A stretch of 64,000 bases of DNA from Chiloscyllium plagiosum (taxonomy: Eukaryota), in the NCBI RefSeq assembly GCF_004010195.1, contig NC_057718.1, forward strand, positions 62,892,225 through 62,956,224, written 5' to 3'. The position numbers were made by a program, and so were the translations under genes. The notes beneath the pieces were generated by a model, which saw only the letters and a list, made by a program, of their open reading frames with translations, was not told where the DNA came from and made no database searches. Shown one piece after another: positions 53,901 through 62,035 of the stretch. Numbering within the stretch: the first letter of the stretch is position 1; each line of letters opens with the position of its first letter.

Positions 53901-56900
53901 GTCCAGAACTAGAGGGCATAGGTTTAGGGTGAGAGGGGAAGATATAATAGGAACCCAAAGGGCAACGTTTCCACACAGAGGGTGGTGTGAGTATGGAATG
54001 AGCTGCCAGAGGAAGTGGTGGAGACTGGTACAATTACAACATTTAAAACACTTCTGGATATGTATATTAATAGGAAGGGTTTAGAGGGACATGGGCCATG
54101 TGCTGGCAAATGAGACTAGATTAGATTAGGATATCTGGTCAGAGACAAACAAACTGCAGATGCAGGAATCCAAAGTAAACAGGAGTGTTACACCTGAAAT
54201 ATCGACTTCTCTACCTTAGGATATCTGGTTGGCATGGATGAGTCGGTCCGAAAGATCTGTTTCCGTGCTGTACATCTCTATGACTATGACGATCAAAAGT
54301 GGAGTCTTCTCAAACATTTAAACTACTGTGCCCAACATTGTGAAAAAAGAAAATGTCTGTTGTTTCTAATTGCATACACTAAACTGATATAGAAAGAGAT
54401 CAGTTTTGTAACTGATTGTAGTCAGGCTTAGGCTTGAAATTTAGCATTAAATCTGGTTATTCAGTTACCCCTTCATAGCTGGGATGCATATCTGCATCAG
54501 GAAAATACATCTTCTTTTGATATATTTCATTCCAAAGGCTTGCTAGCAAGGACAAATTAACATGAGGCTTGGAGGCAAACATATCGATTGTAACGAAGAC
54601 AGAAATATTCAAGCCAGTAGTGTTGTGTATAAAGAACCAGGATGAGAATGTTAATGTGGGGCCCCAAGTAACTCTTAGACTCTGGGTAAGCACTAGACAC
54701 ACTGCTCTATGATGGCAATTGGATAAAACAGGAAAATAATCAATTTGAAAAATAAAATAATCATTCTCAGCTTTAAGAATAGTTCTACAACAACTCTTTT
54801 ACAATTAGGACTTAAGAATTATGGTCCACCCCTTCAACCAAAGTTAAAGATCACACAACATCAGGTTATTGTCCAACAGGTTTATTTGGAAGCACTAGCT
54901 CCTTCATTAGATGGTTGCAGAGAATCAGCTCTCCAAAAGCTAGTGCTTCCAAATACGCCTGTTGGACTATAAACTGGCGTTGTGATTTTTAAACTTTGAC
55001 CACCCCAGTCCAACACCGGCATCTCTAAGTCATTCAACCAAAGTATGTGACAACCTACTCTGCCTCAGAATTGTCCTCCTGCAAGAACATGACAACGTCT
55101 GGATGGACACAGCAAAATGAAGACAACACATTAGTGGAAACAAGAACATTATTTTGTACAAAACATGTTCTGGGAACTTAGAACTGCAGTTTAAGTATAC
55201 TGCAGAAATATGCAAAATAAATAAGTTCAGCTCTTCAAATGTCCTGATATTCTTCACAATGAATTAAAGAGTTAGAGCAGGTAAATGCAGCAGGCATTTG
55301 GTGCACAAGACCAACAAAACAGACAAGAAAAATGACATTAGTTGACGCAAGGAAAAATGTTGGCCACAACACCAGGAAAACTCAAAATACTTTTTCTTCC
55401 TCCAAATAATATCATTTCCATCCAAGTGAGCAAGGGCGGCCTCAATTTAACATGTCATTAACTGGGAAAGTCGGGGATAGCATCAAATTGAAAAAAACAT
55501 ACAATGTAGTAAAGGTTAGTTGCAAACCAAAGGTTGGGAAAGCTTTGTAAACCAAAAGAAAACACAAAAACAATACAGGGATACAGAATTGGCTGGCCCA
55601 TAGAAGACAGAGTGGTAGTGAGTTTTGAGAAGATTTGTAGCTCAGGTTGAGGTTCTGTATGTAAGTTTGCTTGCTGAGCTGAAAAGTCAATTTTCAGACG
55701 TTTCATCACCATACTAGGTAAAATCATCAGTAAGCCTCTGGTGGAGCACTGGTGTTATTAACTTAGATACAGACGAGGAAGGATACCACTTGGACTGGGA
55801 CAACACATCCAACCTAGGGCAAGCCAAACAGGGACACTCATGAGAATTCCTGGAAACATGGCATTCCAACCGGAACTCTAACAATAAATACATCAACTTG
55901 GACCCCATCTACCACCCTCTGAGAAAAAAAAAAAGGGATTGACATCACAAACCCAAGGAAACCTAAACACAAAGAGAAAGCGGGTCACTAACACCAGTGC
56001 TTCACCAGAGGCTCACTGATGTTACCTAGAAACATCTGAAAATGAACTTTCCAGCTCAGCGAGCAAACAGAGGGCGGTAGTAGATGGAAAGTATTCAGCC
56101 TGGAGCTTGGTAACAAGTGGCGTTTCACAAGGATCTATTCTGGGACCTCTGCACTTTGTGATTTTTATAATTGATTTGGCTGAGGAACTGGAACAGTGCG
56201 TTAGTAAGTTTGCCAATGACACAAAGATTGGTGGAGTTGTGGACAGTGTGGACAGCTGTTGTAGGTTGCAATGAGACATTGACATAATGCAGAGGAGTGA
56301 CAAATGGAGTTCAACAAATATTTAACATTTAATTCAGAGATCAGTACTTTATTTGTTGCAGCATGACAAAGTATGGATAACTTCAATTTTTTACTCTATT
56401 AGGAAGATCTGATAGTCGCAACACCTGCGTATATGAGCGTAGTTTATTCACAATATAAAATCCTCAGGAGATGTATGCCAAGTACATTAGGTTATCTGGC
56501 AGTGGATTTTGAGGGATACAGCAGTTCCCGCAAAGGAGACATGAACTTAAAATGATATATTCAATTATAGATTGATTTAAAAGTCAGGAATGAGAATTCT
56601 TACAAATTAAAGTTTGATACATTAGATTAATAAATGCATAAATTATACAGTCCAAATCCTAAAGCCACGAACCAAAGTCACCTTTTCTAATTCAGATTGG
56701 TGTATTACTAAAATATAACATTCAACGAGAGGCATCTCAAATCATTCATTAGATTTCATGTTTCATTATTTCTGCATCAAAATGTACACCTGTTTATATT
56801 AGCATCAACCATTCCAAGATTAAAATAAAATGAAGTAGAGCAAACTTACCTATCATGATGGTGGTGGTGGTGGTGGTGGTGATGGTGGTGGTGATGGTGA

Positions 56901-59900
56901 TGTTGATGCTGCTGACCAATAAAACGTCTGCAGTTAAATATTTCGTTTCCAATTGCCTCTCCTAAAAAATCTCCTGTTTGTGTGATACATGAGTCCTGAG
57001 GACCTTGTGATATGTGTGCAGTATTTATTTCCCCTGACATATCATGTTCAGAGTCTTCAGGATGCGTGCAAGTATCCAGCAGTCGAATTCGATTTTCCCC
57101 TGATGATACTGCATTAGTGCTGTACGAAATATCCCTGCCTGATCCACTGTTATGCCTGTCACGTTCTATTCCACTGGGTGATTCTGGCATACAAATTCCT
57201 GGCTGGGACTCTGCACTCAAAGTTCGCAATTCAGGATTCCTGCTCTCATTCTGCATACTTTGTTCACCCTCTTCTTCATCATCATCTTCCTCTTCTTTGA
57301 GAGCTTCACTATCTGCCATGTCTTCTGAGTGGACTTCACTTCCTGGACTTCCAGCCGACTGGCTGGCATGACTTGAATTTACTTCATTACTGGAGCCTTC
57401 ACTGTGTCCACTGCTACTGCCAGGCCCACTACTGGCATCTTCACCACTATTAGCAGTCTCATCAGAACTTCCTTGCATAGACTCCTAAAAATAATCCATT
57501 TATTTTTGATTAATCAATTCTGTTAATTTTAGGAAATGCTCCAGATGATATTGCAACAACAAATATAGCAATATTATGGATTAACAACCACTGTTCAAAA
57601 CTTGCCATCTTAGTTTGCCATCCAAAGCATAACATTGAGCTTAGAGCCCAAACACAATATAACTGTCTATTCAGCATGCCACCAATCAAAGCATAATACC
57701 ACAGCTAAGCCTTACAATAAACTTTTTTTGCCTAATTAATTTACCTTCTCTTTATCAATGAATTTACTGCATCTTAATTTCTTACCTCTGTATCTGACAA
57801 TCGCTGTTGTGCACGCTTTGCCCTGTTGATCATTTGTTCATCCATTTCAATGTCACTGCCTCCACTATGATGTGCATCACTGTTATCACTGCTTTGTGGA
57901 CTAGCTGCAGGCGATCCTAAGTTAAATATTTTTGTAATTTTAGTTAAATTAGAAGCAGTTAACAAATACTCAGAAGAGTCTCAGCATATAGATCTTTTCA
58001 TAAAAATTAACATTAGTTTCCCTTCGTACACAACCATTCTATCCTGATCTCAGATTCTTTTTCATCAGTCCAAATGAGCTGGAAATGACTAAACATGTAT
58101 TAAAAATAACCTTACAAACATTTAAATAAGGAAAGTGCCACAGAATGACAATAAATATAAGACAACAGTTTTTTTTGTAAATCACAATCAATAATTGCAT
58201 AAAGCAGAATCACAATCTTAAAATATTATCAATGCATTTGCGATAGATTTTGATTTCATTAATGTTTCAATGTGATCTCTTAGGTGCAGCAAGAACATGG
58301 CAAATTAGTTGAAGAAACAAAAAAGGTCATTATTTTCAACAAGAATTACTCCAACCTGTCAATTTTCCAAGTACCATAATAAGTAAAATAACAATTAAAA
58401 AATAAAGGGATTCTATGGAATTTGTTGGGTAGTCATAAGATCACTATCTAAAAAAAGGAAGTTTTGTACAGTCAATATTTGGATGCAGGACAATTTTATT
58501 TCATGAGGTTGGATATTTGTTGTTTTAAAAAGTAAGAGAACAAATAAATGCTACAATAAAGTAAAAACAGAAAATAATGGGGAAACTCTGCAGATTCGGT
58601 AGCATTTCCAGGGATAGAAAGAGTTAAGATTTGAGTCCAAAACTACTACTTCAGATCAGAAGGGTGCTAGAAAAGTTGTTTTAAAACAACATAAAATAAA
58701 AGGGGATGGAAAGGAGGAGGGGAAGGAGAAGCAACTGATGGCAAAGGGTGCCCAAAGCAAAAAAGACAAAAGGGCGTGCTCGTGGTAATACAACAGATGT
58801 GTAGATGAAGAGTTAATGCTAAGTGCAAATGGCAGAAAACCAGTCAGATCTGACAGCAAACCTATGTAAACAAGCCATTGGAAGATGGGGATCGGCGGGT
58901 CCTCAAGTGGAAGCCAGAGCTTATAATTTTATGTTGTTGAGCATAATGTTGAGCCCTGAGGGCTGTAAAATGCCTCAGTTGAAAATAAGGCACTATTCCT
59001 CCAGCTTACAAAGGGCTTTGCTGGAATACCTCAGCAAGCCTAGGATAAAAATGTTAACAAGACAGTAAGAAAAAGTGTATTGGATGGCAAGGGACTGGAA
59101 TGTTCAGGTAATGCTTGCAGACACAGCAGAGTGTTCTATAAATTAGTCACCTATCTCCGTTTGGTGAGACCAAAGAAGATTCTACTGTGACTGAAAGACA
59201 TACAAATAAATTGCTGCTTCTTTAATAAAATTTGGAGTTTTGGAAAGTGAGGAGGGAGGAGTTAAAATAGCAGTGGTCAGCAGCAGAGCTAACCTATTTT
59301 GTTATTTCCACCTACCCTTCATTTATATTTCTTTTCTACTACAATTAGAGCACTCTTTTTGTGTTACGTACCCACCATTTAAATCTAATTTCTCCTCCTT
59401 TGTTTTCCAACCACTTTTGCAACTCCCTTCAGTTCTAAAGTCATATTAGAATCTGAACATTAACTCGTGTTTCTCACCACTGATGCTACCAGATATGCGG
59501 AGTTTCTCTAGAATTTGTTCCAAATCTCCAGCATCTGCAGTACTTTGATTTTTTTGTATAATAGAATACTTGGTTTTCCATTTATAATACACTGCTCCAG
59601 CAAGAAGAAACATTTCATTAATATAAAAGTTGACTTGTTAATTTTACCAACGTTAAAAACAGATTTTAAATTTAATGCATAATTCACAAGATATTTGTGC
59701 ATACAAGAGGTGTCTTCCAATGCAAGATAGGACGGTTCAAATAATATTTGTTTAAATCAGAGCACAAATGTTAATATACTAAGAACTGTTATGCTGGCAG
59801 ATAAATTTGAAGAAAAAGCATCTTTTACACCATTTAACAATTTCTAATAGAATCTTAATTTCTGAAAACTGGCAAGAGTATCTAGTGTTTTGCTGCCAGC

Positions 59901-60811
59901 GATAATGTCCCTACTTCTGGTCCAGAAGGTCCAGGTTCAAGTCCCACCTGCTGCTGAGGGGTGTCATAACTTTTAAAAAGGATCTATTTCCACTCTGTGT
60001 GTATTAGTTTGCAAAAAAAAAATAGTAATCTGTACACAATGCACCAAATATAGTGAAAACATCTGAAGATTAACTGATTTCTGCTCCTTCCTTTGCTAAA
60101 CGGACATTTACCTGATTGGCAACAAGGGGTGGATAGGAAAATGAAGTTGAGGCAGAAGATCAGCAATGATCATACTGAATTGGGCAGCAGCTCAAGGAGT
60201 TGAATAATCTATTTCTGTTCCTAGATCTTAAAATGTTTAGACGAGATTAGATTACTCACAGTGTGGAAACAGGCCCTTCGGCCCACAAGTCCACACCGAC
60301 CCTCCGAACAGCAACCCGCCTAGACCCATTCCCCTACATTTACCCCTTCACCTAACACTACGGGCAATTTAGCATGGCCAATTCACCTAACCTGCACATT
60401 TTTGGACTGTGGGAGGAAACCAGAGCACCCGGAGGAAACCCACGCACACACAGGGAGAATGTGCAAACTCCACATAAACAGTTGCCTGAGGCAGGAATTG
60501 AACCCAGGTCTCTGGCGCTGAGAGGCAGCAGTGATGACCACTGTGCCACCGTGCCGCCAATGTTGTACAATCTCATTTTCATACTAATTAGTAAAATAAA
60601 TACAAGCTTATAAAGTTACATTTTATATATGTAAGCACTTAAAATAATAAAATGCATCCATTCTCCAAACACCGAACTTACCTTTCTTATTTCCCATTGG
60701 GAGGTTTGTATTAAGAAGAGAAGCAAAGGAACTCTGCTTGGACAGTTGAGCTTTAGCAGCAAGTGCATTATTCCAGAGAGCTTTAATAAGCATTGATGCC
60801 AAGTACAAGGT
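5843..60811 (-). CDS. USP34: Ubiquitin carboxyl-terminal hydrolase 34, internal portion (18 exons, 955 aa, upstream of the catalytic USP domain); gene continues beyond both window ends
   Basis: Spliced translation runs TLYLASMLIKALWNNALAAK...HAENLSRRVWELLMLLPTCPNMLQAFQSISDEQ and matches recalled vertebrate USP34 colinearly. Every exon has an AG acceptor and a GT donor (one GC), with compatible phases. Confidence 0.97.
6366..6550. mobile_element. Older fold-back PLE-derived insertion with degenerate HHR cores
   Basis: ctgcagatgctg tail on the left; imperfect inverted arms gaaatcagagctaacatttt / aaacgttgactctgatttc; decayed CTGAGGAagggtcacc...GAAA; imperfect TSD cat(a/g)acactt. Confidence 0.7.
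6820..7765. repeat. Possible solo LTR or unclassified interspersed repeat
   Basis: Begins TGTA and ends ...CA with an internal AATAAA; no convincing TSD, boundaries uncertain. Confidence 0.3.
9856..10065 (-). CDS. USP34: USP34 exon (210 nt, phase 0->0)
   Basis: MVFVSLGAPRRERKGDGIQLPASCLPPPQKENIPMLLLLQEPHLTTLFDLLEMLASFKPPSVDQVMEDSE; cag|ATG, GAG|gtaaa. Confidence 0.96.
10205..10520 (+). mobile_element. tRNA-derived SINE with Meta-like central core
   Basis: A/B-box-like tggtctagtgg and ggtttgaatcc; core ggttcac..cctttagggaaggaaa..ccttaccaggtctggcctaca; 3' tail gggcaattagggatgggcaataaatgctg. Confidence 0.75.
10619..10719 (-). CDS. USP34: USP34 exon (101 nt, phase 1->0)
   Basis: (G)GLMGPVRMISSGHELTTDYDEKTLHELGFKDMQ; tag|GA, CAG|gtgct. 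Confidence 0.95.
11026..11365 (-). pseudogene. Diverged duplicate of 9618-9958 (3' half of a USP34 exon, its donor and flanking intron)
   Basis: Colinear similarity over ~340 bp. Translates LLLQEPLHTSIFDLLEVVASFKPPVD*AMEDSE|gtgaag, with an in-frame TAA at 11284-11286. Confidence 0.9.
11767..11914 (-). CDS. USP34: USP34 exon (148 nt, phase 0->1)
   Basis: MTIEMYPSDQVADLRAEVTHWYENLQKEQMSQQAQLQEFGQSSRQGDFP; tag|ATG, G|gtaag. Confidence 0.96.
12400..12540 (+). mobile_element. CR1 3' UTR fragment (5'-truncated)
   Basis: Closely similar to 5212-5337 and 29050-29184; ends ctctatgactcta. Confidence 0.9.
13395..13594. mobile_element. Fold-back PLE-derived element (family A), 14-bp TSD
   Basis: TSD atagagtcatataa at 13381-13394 and 13595-13608; inverted arms 13449-13516 / 13525-13592. 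Confidence 0.9.
13516..13550 (+). ncRNA. Minimal type I hammerhead ribozyme motif
   Basis: CTGAAGA-a-gggt ttat gccc-GAAA-CGTC; helix I pairing is weak. Confidence 0.65.
17765..17800 (-). ncRNA. Minimal type I hammerhead ribozyme motif (mirror copy, sense to USP34 pre-mRNA)
   Basis: attc-CTGAAGA-a-gagc ttac gccc-GAAA-CGTC^gatt; one helix II mismatch. Confidence 0.65.
17809..17844 (+). ncRNA. Minimal type I hammerhead ribozyme motif
   Basis: attc-CTGAAGA-a-gggc ttat gccc-GAAA-CGTC^gatt; all core nucleotides are present. Confidence 0.75.
20070..20465 (-). mobile_element. CR1 RT fragment
   Basis: Reverse complement resembles 4130-4500 (DFSKAFD...WRPVT...ADTKIG region). Confidence 0.85.
20878..21067. 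mobile_element. Fold-back PLE-derived element (family A variant), 9-bp TSD
   Basis: TSD cacagtaat at 20869-20877 and 21068-21076; ggagaaagtgaggactgcagatgctg tail; decayed HHR on the minus strand. Confidence 0.85.
21981..22107 (-). CDS. USP34: USP34 exon (127 nt, phase 2->0)
   Basis: FAYHLRQWQIEGTGISSHLKALSDKQSLPLRIVCQPAGLPDK; tag|A, AAG|gtaat. Confidence 0.96.
22935..23246 (-). mobile_element. HE1-like V-SINE
   Basis: tRNA-like head gggcggcatggtggctcagtagttagcactgctgcctcacagc..ggttcaattcc; V core gtttgcacattctccctgtgtctg; (ctaat)n tail. Confidence 0.9.
23383..23542 (-). CDS. USP34: USP34 exon (160 nt, phase 1->2)
   Basis: KTGLEKEQEFISKCMESLMMASENLDKEPQSSLTIIERGLLMLKTHLEAFRR; cag|GT, AG|gtaaa. 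Confidence 0.95.
25330..26970 (-). mobile_element. Ancient Penelope-like ORF relic (RT plus GIY-YIG C-terminus), heavily decayed
   Basis: MGSP motif near 26440-26456; FVDICFIESAAALNNFLIHLNVLHP (YVDD...LN.LHP-like); DSLIEQHLVNTPTCTK..TNQF (PLE endonuclease end). Confidence 0.7.
28251..28350 (-). CDS. USP34: USP34 exon (100 nt, phase 0->1) with non-canonical GC donor
   Basis: LCGMDQLWGIALRAQTADVSRAAIQYINSYYIN; cag|CTT. Donor G|gcaagt is required to restore ...YYING-KTGLEK. Confidence 0.92.
28468..30180 (-). mobile_element. Older CR1 3' half, interrupted by an opposite-strand younger CR1
   Basis: Minus-strand ORFs 29235-29498, 29744-29932 (FVDDTKIGG) and 29917-30117 (YLDFSEAFD); 3' UTR at 28468-28640. 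Confidence 0.9.
28641..29184 (+). mobile_element. Young 5'-truncated CR1 nested in the older CR1
   Basis: ORF 28644-28910 EYCMQFWSP...LERVQKRFTRML; intact 3' UTR. Confidence 0.92.
32362..33019. mobile_element. Fold-back PLE fragment (family D) with GIY-YIG C-terminal remnant on both arms; 15-bp TSD
   Basis: TSD ttga(c/t)cacagtctgt at 32347-32361 and 33020-33034; centre at 32671/32672; DWDNTSILSQAKQ; decayed CTGAAGAtgttacctagtatggtgac(g)aaacgtc on both arms. Confidence 0.9.
34533..34646 (-). CDS. USP34: USP34 exon (114 nt, phase 0->0)
   Basis: MPQLKPETISMTGLNLFQHLCNLARLATSAYDGGSSSE; cag|ATG, GAG|gtaag. Confidence 0.95.
35078..35232 (-). CDS. USP34: USP34 exon (155 nt, phase 1->0)
   Basis: LSLDQVDILWHCLVEDPECYDDALHWFLNQVRSKDQHAMGMETYKHLFLEK; tag|GG, AAG|gttag. 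Confidence 0.96.
36860..37140 (+). repeat. Old PLE-like terminal fragment, related to 27660-27815 and, inverted, to ~24690-24800
   Basis: Shared tggtgcattctccat and ttcttg(t/c)(g/a)att motifs among these loci. Confidence 0.45.
37198..37280 (-). CDS. USP34: USP34 exon (83 nt, phase 2->1)
   Basis: YSHGAEVQVRLQFLTCVFSTLGSPDHF; cag|G, A|gtaag. Confidence 0.95.
39566..39661 (-). CDS. USP34: USP34 exon (96 nt, phase 2->2)
   Basis: WAEKELSMMKLFFDNLIHYIQAVREGVHKHL; tag|G, TT|gtaag. Confidence 0.94.
41312..41401 (-). CDS. USP34: USP34 exon (90 nt, phase 2->2)
   Basis: SVVVSLRLLPKLFGTFQQFGSSYDTHWIT; tag|A, AT|gtaag. Confidence 0.95.
41585..42073. mobile_element. Fold-back PLE fragment (family C), 13-bp TSD
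   Basis: TSD acctagttttaat at 41572-41584 and 42074-42086; ~200-bp inverted arms; KHIDLDPIYR (PLE ORF end); CTGAGGAtgtcacctagacaggggac.. HHR-like core on both arms. Confidence 0.92.
42199..42326 (-). CDS. USP34: USP34 exon (128 nt, phase 0->2)
   Basis: VHLSEGLINEAEKLLCSLVCWFTDRQIRMRFIEGCLENLAND; tag|GTT, AG|gtaag. Confidence 0.95.
42405..42520 (-). CDS. USP34: USP34 exon (116 nt, phase 1->0)
   Basis: (A)PSVHKHQYNSNAVTDINLDNVCKKGNTLLWDLVQDEDA; cag|CT, GCG|gtatg. Confidence 0.95.
43250..46590 (+). mobile_element. Old, highly degenerate CR1-group LINE containing a younger nested CR1
   Basis: Residual motifs gataaatcccctg, ttggattttcataaggccttc, gctgacgac, MQLYKAFVKP; boundaries approximate. 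Confidence 0.7.
45166..46195 (+). mobile_element. 5'-truncated CR1 (RT end plus 3' UTR), nested
   Basis: [23 protein letters not shown]; 3' UTR ends ctctgactct. Confidence 0.9.
46905..47119 (-). CDS. USP34: USP34 exon (215 nt, phase 2->1)
   Basis: HLGDDMMSADDVSCSSSQVSAKSEKNMADFDGEESGCEEELVQINSHAELTSHLQQHLPNLASIYHEHLSQ; cag|G, G|gtagg. Confidence 0.96.
47755..48050 (+). mobile_element. Old Deu-domain (SacSINE1-like) SINE
   Basis: tcagaaggtt..aaaatctaggc..tgctgcac..ctttcaga and 3' acattggctttaaagc resemble the recalled DeuSINE consensus. Confidence 0.55.
48379..48596. mobile_element. Fold-back PLE-derived element (family B), ~12-bp TSD
   Basis: TSD tacaaatac(c/t)ta at 48367-48378 and 48593-48604; arms ~48409-48497 / 48510-48596; each HHR core has one point lesion. 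Confidence 0.9.
48600..50140 (+). mobile_element. Old non-LTR retrotransposon 3' part (CR1/L2 group)
   Basis: IYKVQIQNVMPY..TTFKKLDTIQD (post-RT region); 3' tail resembles the tail of the SINE at 10205-10520. Confidence 0.7.
48919..49075. mobile_element. Fold-back PLE-derived element (family A variant) nested in the old LINE
   Basis: gagagtgtggtgctgg / ccagcaccacactctc inverted arms; gcccatta repeated on both flanks; decayed HHR. Confidence 0.8.
52415..52698 (-). mobile_element. Diverged HE1-like V-SINE
   Basis: Similar to 22935-23246 (ggcaatttagcatg, cacatctttggactgtg, gctgtgagacagcaatgctaacc). Confidence 0.8.
52795..53035. repeat. Pyrimidine-rich low-complexity tract
   Basis: CT/CCC-rich sequence. 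Confidence 0.7.
53892..54290 (+). mobile_element. CR1 3' fragment with a 76-bp nested insert
   Basis: ESRTRGHRFRVRGE; 3' UTR ends ctctatgactatgac. Confidence 0.9.
54845..55032. mobile_element. Fold-back PLE-derived element (family B), 12-bp TSD
   Basis: TSD ttcaaccaaagt at 54833-54844 and 55033-55044; inverted arms; HHR cores partly deleted. Confidence 0.88.
55620..56065. mobile_element. Asymmetric fold-back PLE fragment (family D) nested in a CR1 fragment (~55520-56320)
   Basis: LDWDNTSNLGQAKQGHS*EFLETWHSNRNSNNKYINLDPIY; inverted termini; acagag..ggtagt duplicated at the flanks. Confidence 0.85.
55694..55733 (-). ncRNA. Minimal hammerhead ribozyme motif
   Basis: tta-CTGATGA-tt-ttacc tagtat ggtga-t-GAAA-CGTC^tga. 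Confidence 0.55.
56850..57484 (-). CDS. USP34: USP34 large Ser/acidic exon with poly-His (635 nt, phase 0->2)
   Basis: ESMQGSSDETANSGED...FNCRRFIGQQHQ(H)16D; ttag|GAG, AG|gtaag. Confidence 0.96.
57786..57916 (-). CDS. USP34: USP34 exon (131 nt, phase 1->0)
   Basis: (G)SPAASPQSSDNSDAHHSGGSDIEMDEQMINRAKRAQQRLSDTE; ttag|GA, GAG|gtaag. Confidence 0.95.
58562..59555. mobile_element. Old, larger fold-back PLE relic
   Basis: Minus strand ~58940-59055 reads ILGLLRYSSKALCKLEE*CLIFN*GILQPSGLN (PLE GIY-YIG end, cf. KLEEQHLIFRLGTLQP.GLN); the right end is the ctccagcatctgcagtactttg tail. Confidence 0.65.
60244..60558 (-). mobile_element. HE1-like V-SINE
   Basis: Head ggcggcacggtggcacagtgg..gggttcaattcc; V core; ctaat tail. 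Confidence 0.9.
60682..60811 (-). CDS. USP34: USP34 exon (130 nt, phase 0->1)
   Basis: TLYLASMLIKALWNNALAAKAQLSKQSSFASLLNTNLPMGNKK; cag|ACC acceptor, G|gtaag donor. Confidence 0.95.
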
Positions 60812-61081
60812 CTGTGAACAAGGCCAAAAGTGGGGTTTTGAGTAAATGTTTTTACTTATATACTTCAATGGAAGCTGTAGATAATGCATTAAGATAATAA
60901 ATCAGCCCAACGGACCACAATTGTGCATCAGCTCTTAATTAAACAAAAAAATAAATTTTGTGTATAATTAAATGATATTGAAATCTAAAAGAATATGACC
61001 ATCTAGATACAAATATTTGATTTAAGAGGATTAAAACAAATGGATAATTCATAATTAGGATAACTGATATACTTCACACGA

Positions 61082-62035
61082 ATATAAATGATTTGGATGT
61101 GATCACAGAAGGTAAAGTTAGTAAGTTTGCAGATGACACCTAAATTGGTGGGGTAGTGGACAGCGAAGAGGGCTGCCTCAGAGTACAATGGGATCTTGAT
61201 CAGATGGGCCAATGGGACGAGGAGTGGCAGATGGAGTTTAATTTAGATAAATGTGAGGTGCTGCATTTTGGAAAGGCGAATCAGGGCAGGACTTATTCAC
61301 TTAGTGGTAAGGTCCTAGGGAGTGTTGCTGAACAAAGAGACCATGGAGTGCAGGTTGATAGTTCTTTGAAAGTGGAGTCACAGGTAGATAGGATAGTGAA
61401 GATGTTTGATTTGCTTTCCTTTATTGGTCAGAGCATTGAGAAAGGAGTTGGGAGGTCATGTTGCAGCTGTGTAGGACATTGGTTAGGCCACTGTCAGAAT
61501 ATTGTGTGCAATTCTGGTCTCCCTCCTATAGAAAGGATGTTGTTAAACATGAAAGAGTTCAGAAAAGATTTACAAGGATGTTGCCAGTGTTGGAGGACTT
61601 GAGCTATAGGGCGAGGCTGAATAGGCTGGGGCTGCCTGGAGCATCGGAGGCTGAGGGGTGACCTTATAGGAGGTTCATAAAATCATGAGTGGCATGAATA
61701 GGATAAATAGACAAAGTATTTTCCCTGGGGTGGTGGAGTGCAGAACTGGAGGGCATAGGTTTAAGGTGAGAGGGGGAAAAATTTAAAAAGGGACCTAAGG
61801 GGCAACTTTTTCACGCAGAGAGTGGTACATGTGTGGAATGAGCTGCCAGAGGAAGTGGAAAAGTCTGGTACAATTACAACATTTAAGAGAAATCTGCATG
61901 AGTATATGAATAGGAAAGGTTGAGAGGAATATGGGCTAAGCGCTAGCAAATGGGACTAATTAGGTTAGGATACCTGGTCGACATGGACGAGTTGGATTGA
62001 AGGGGCTGTTTCCATGCTGTCTATCTCTAAGACTA
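61082..62035 (+). mobile_element. 5'-truncated CR1 (RT end plus 3' UTR)
   Basis: FADDT, WQMEFNLDKCEVLHFG, ERVQKRFTRML. Confidence 0.92.

Noticed and set aside
13395..55032. Interpreting the palindromic inserts as MITEs or DNA transposons
   Set aside because: TSD lengths vary (8-15 bp), arms are asymmetric, and they contain HHR cores and GIY-YIG ORF remnants, all pointing to Penelope retroelements.
57012..57371. 119-aa plus-strand ORF
   Set aside because: Antisense shadow of the large USP34 exon.
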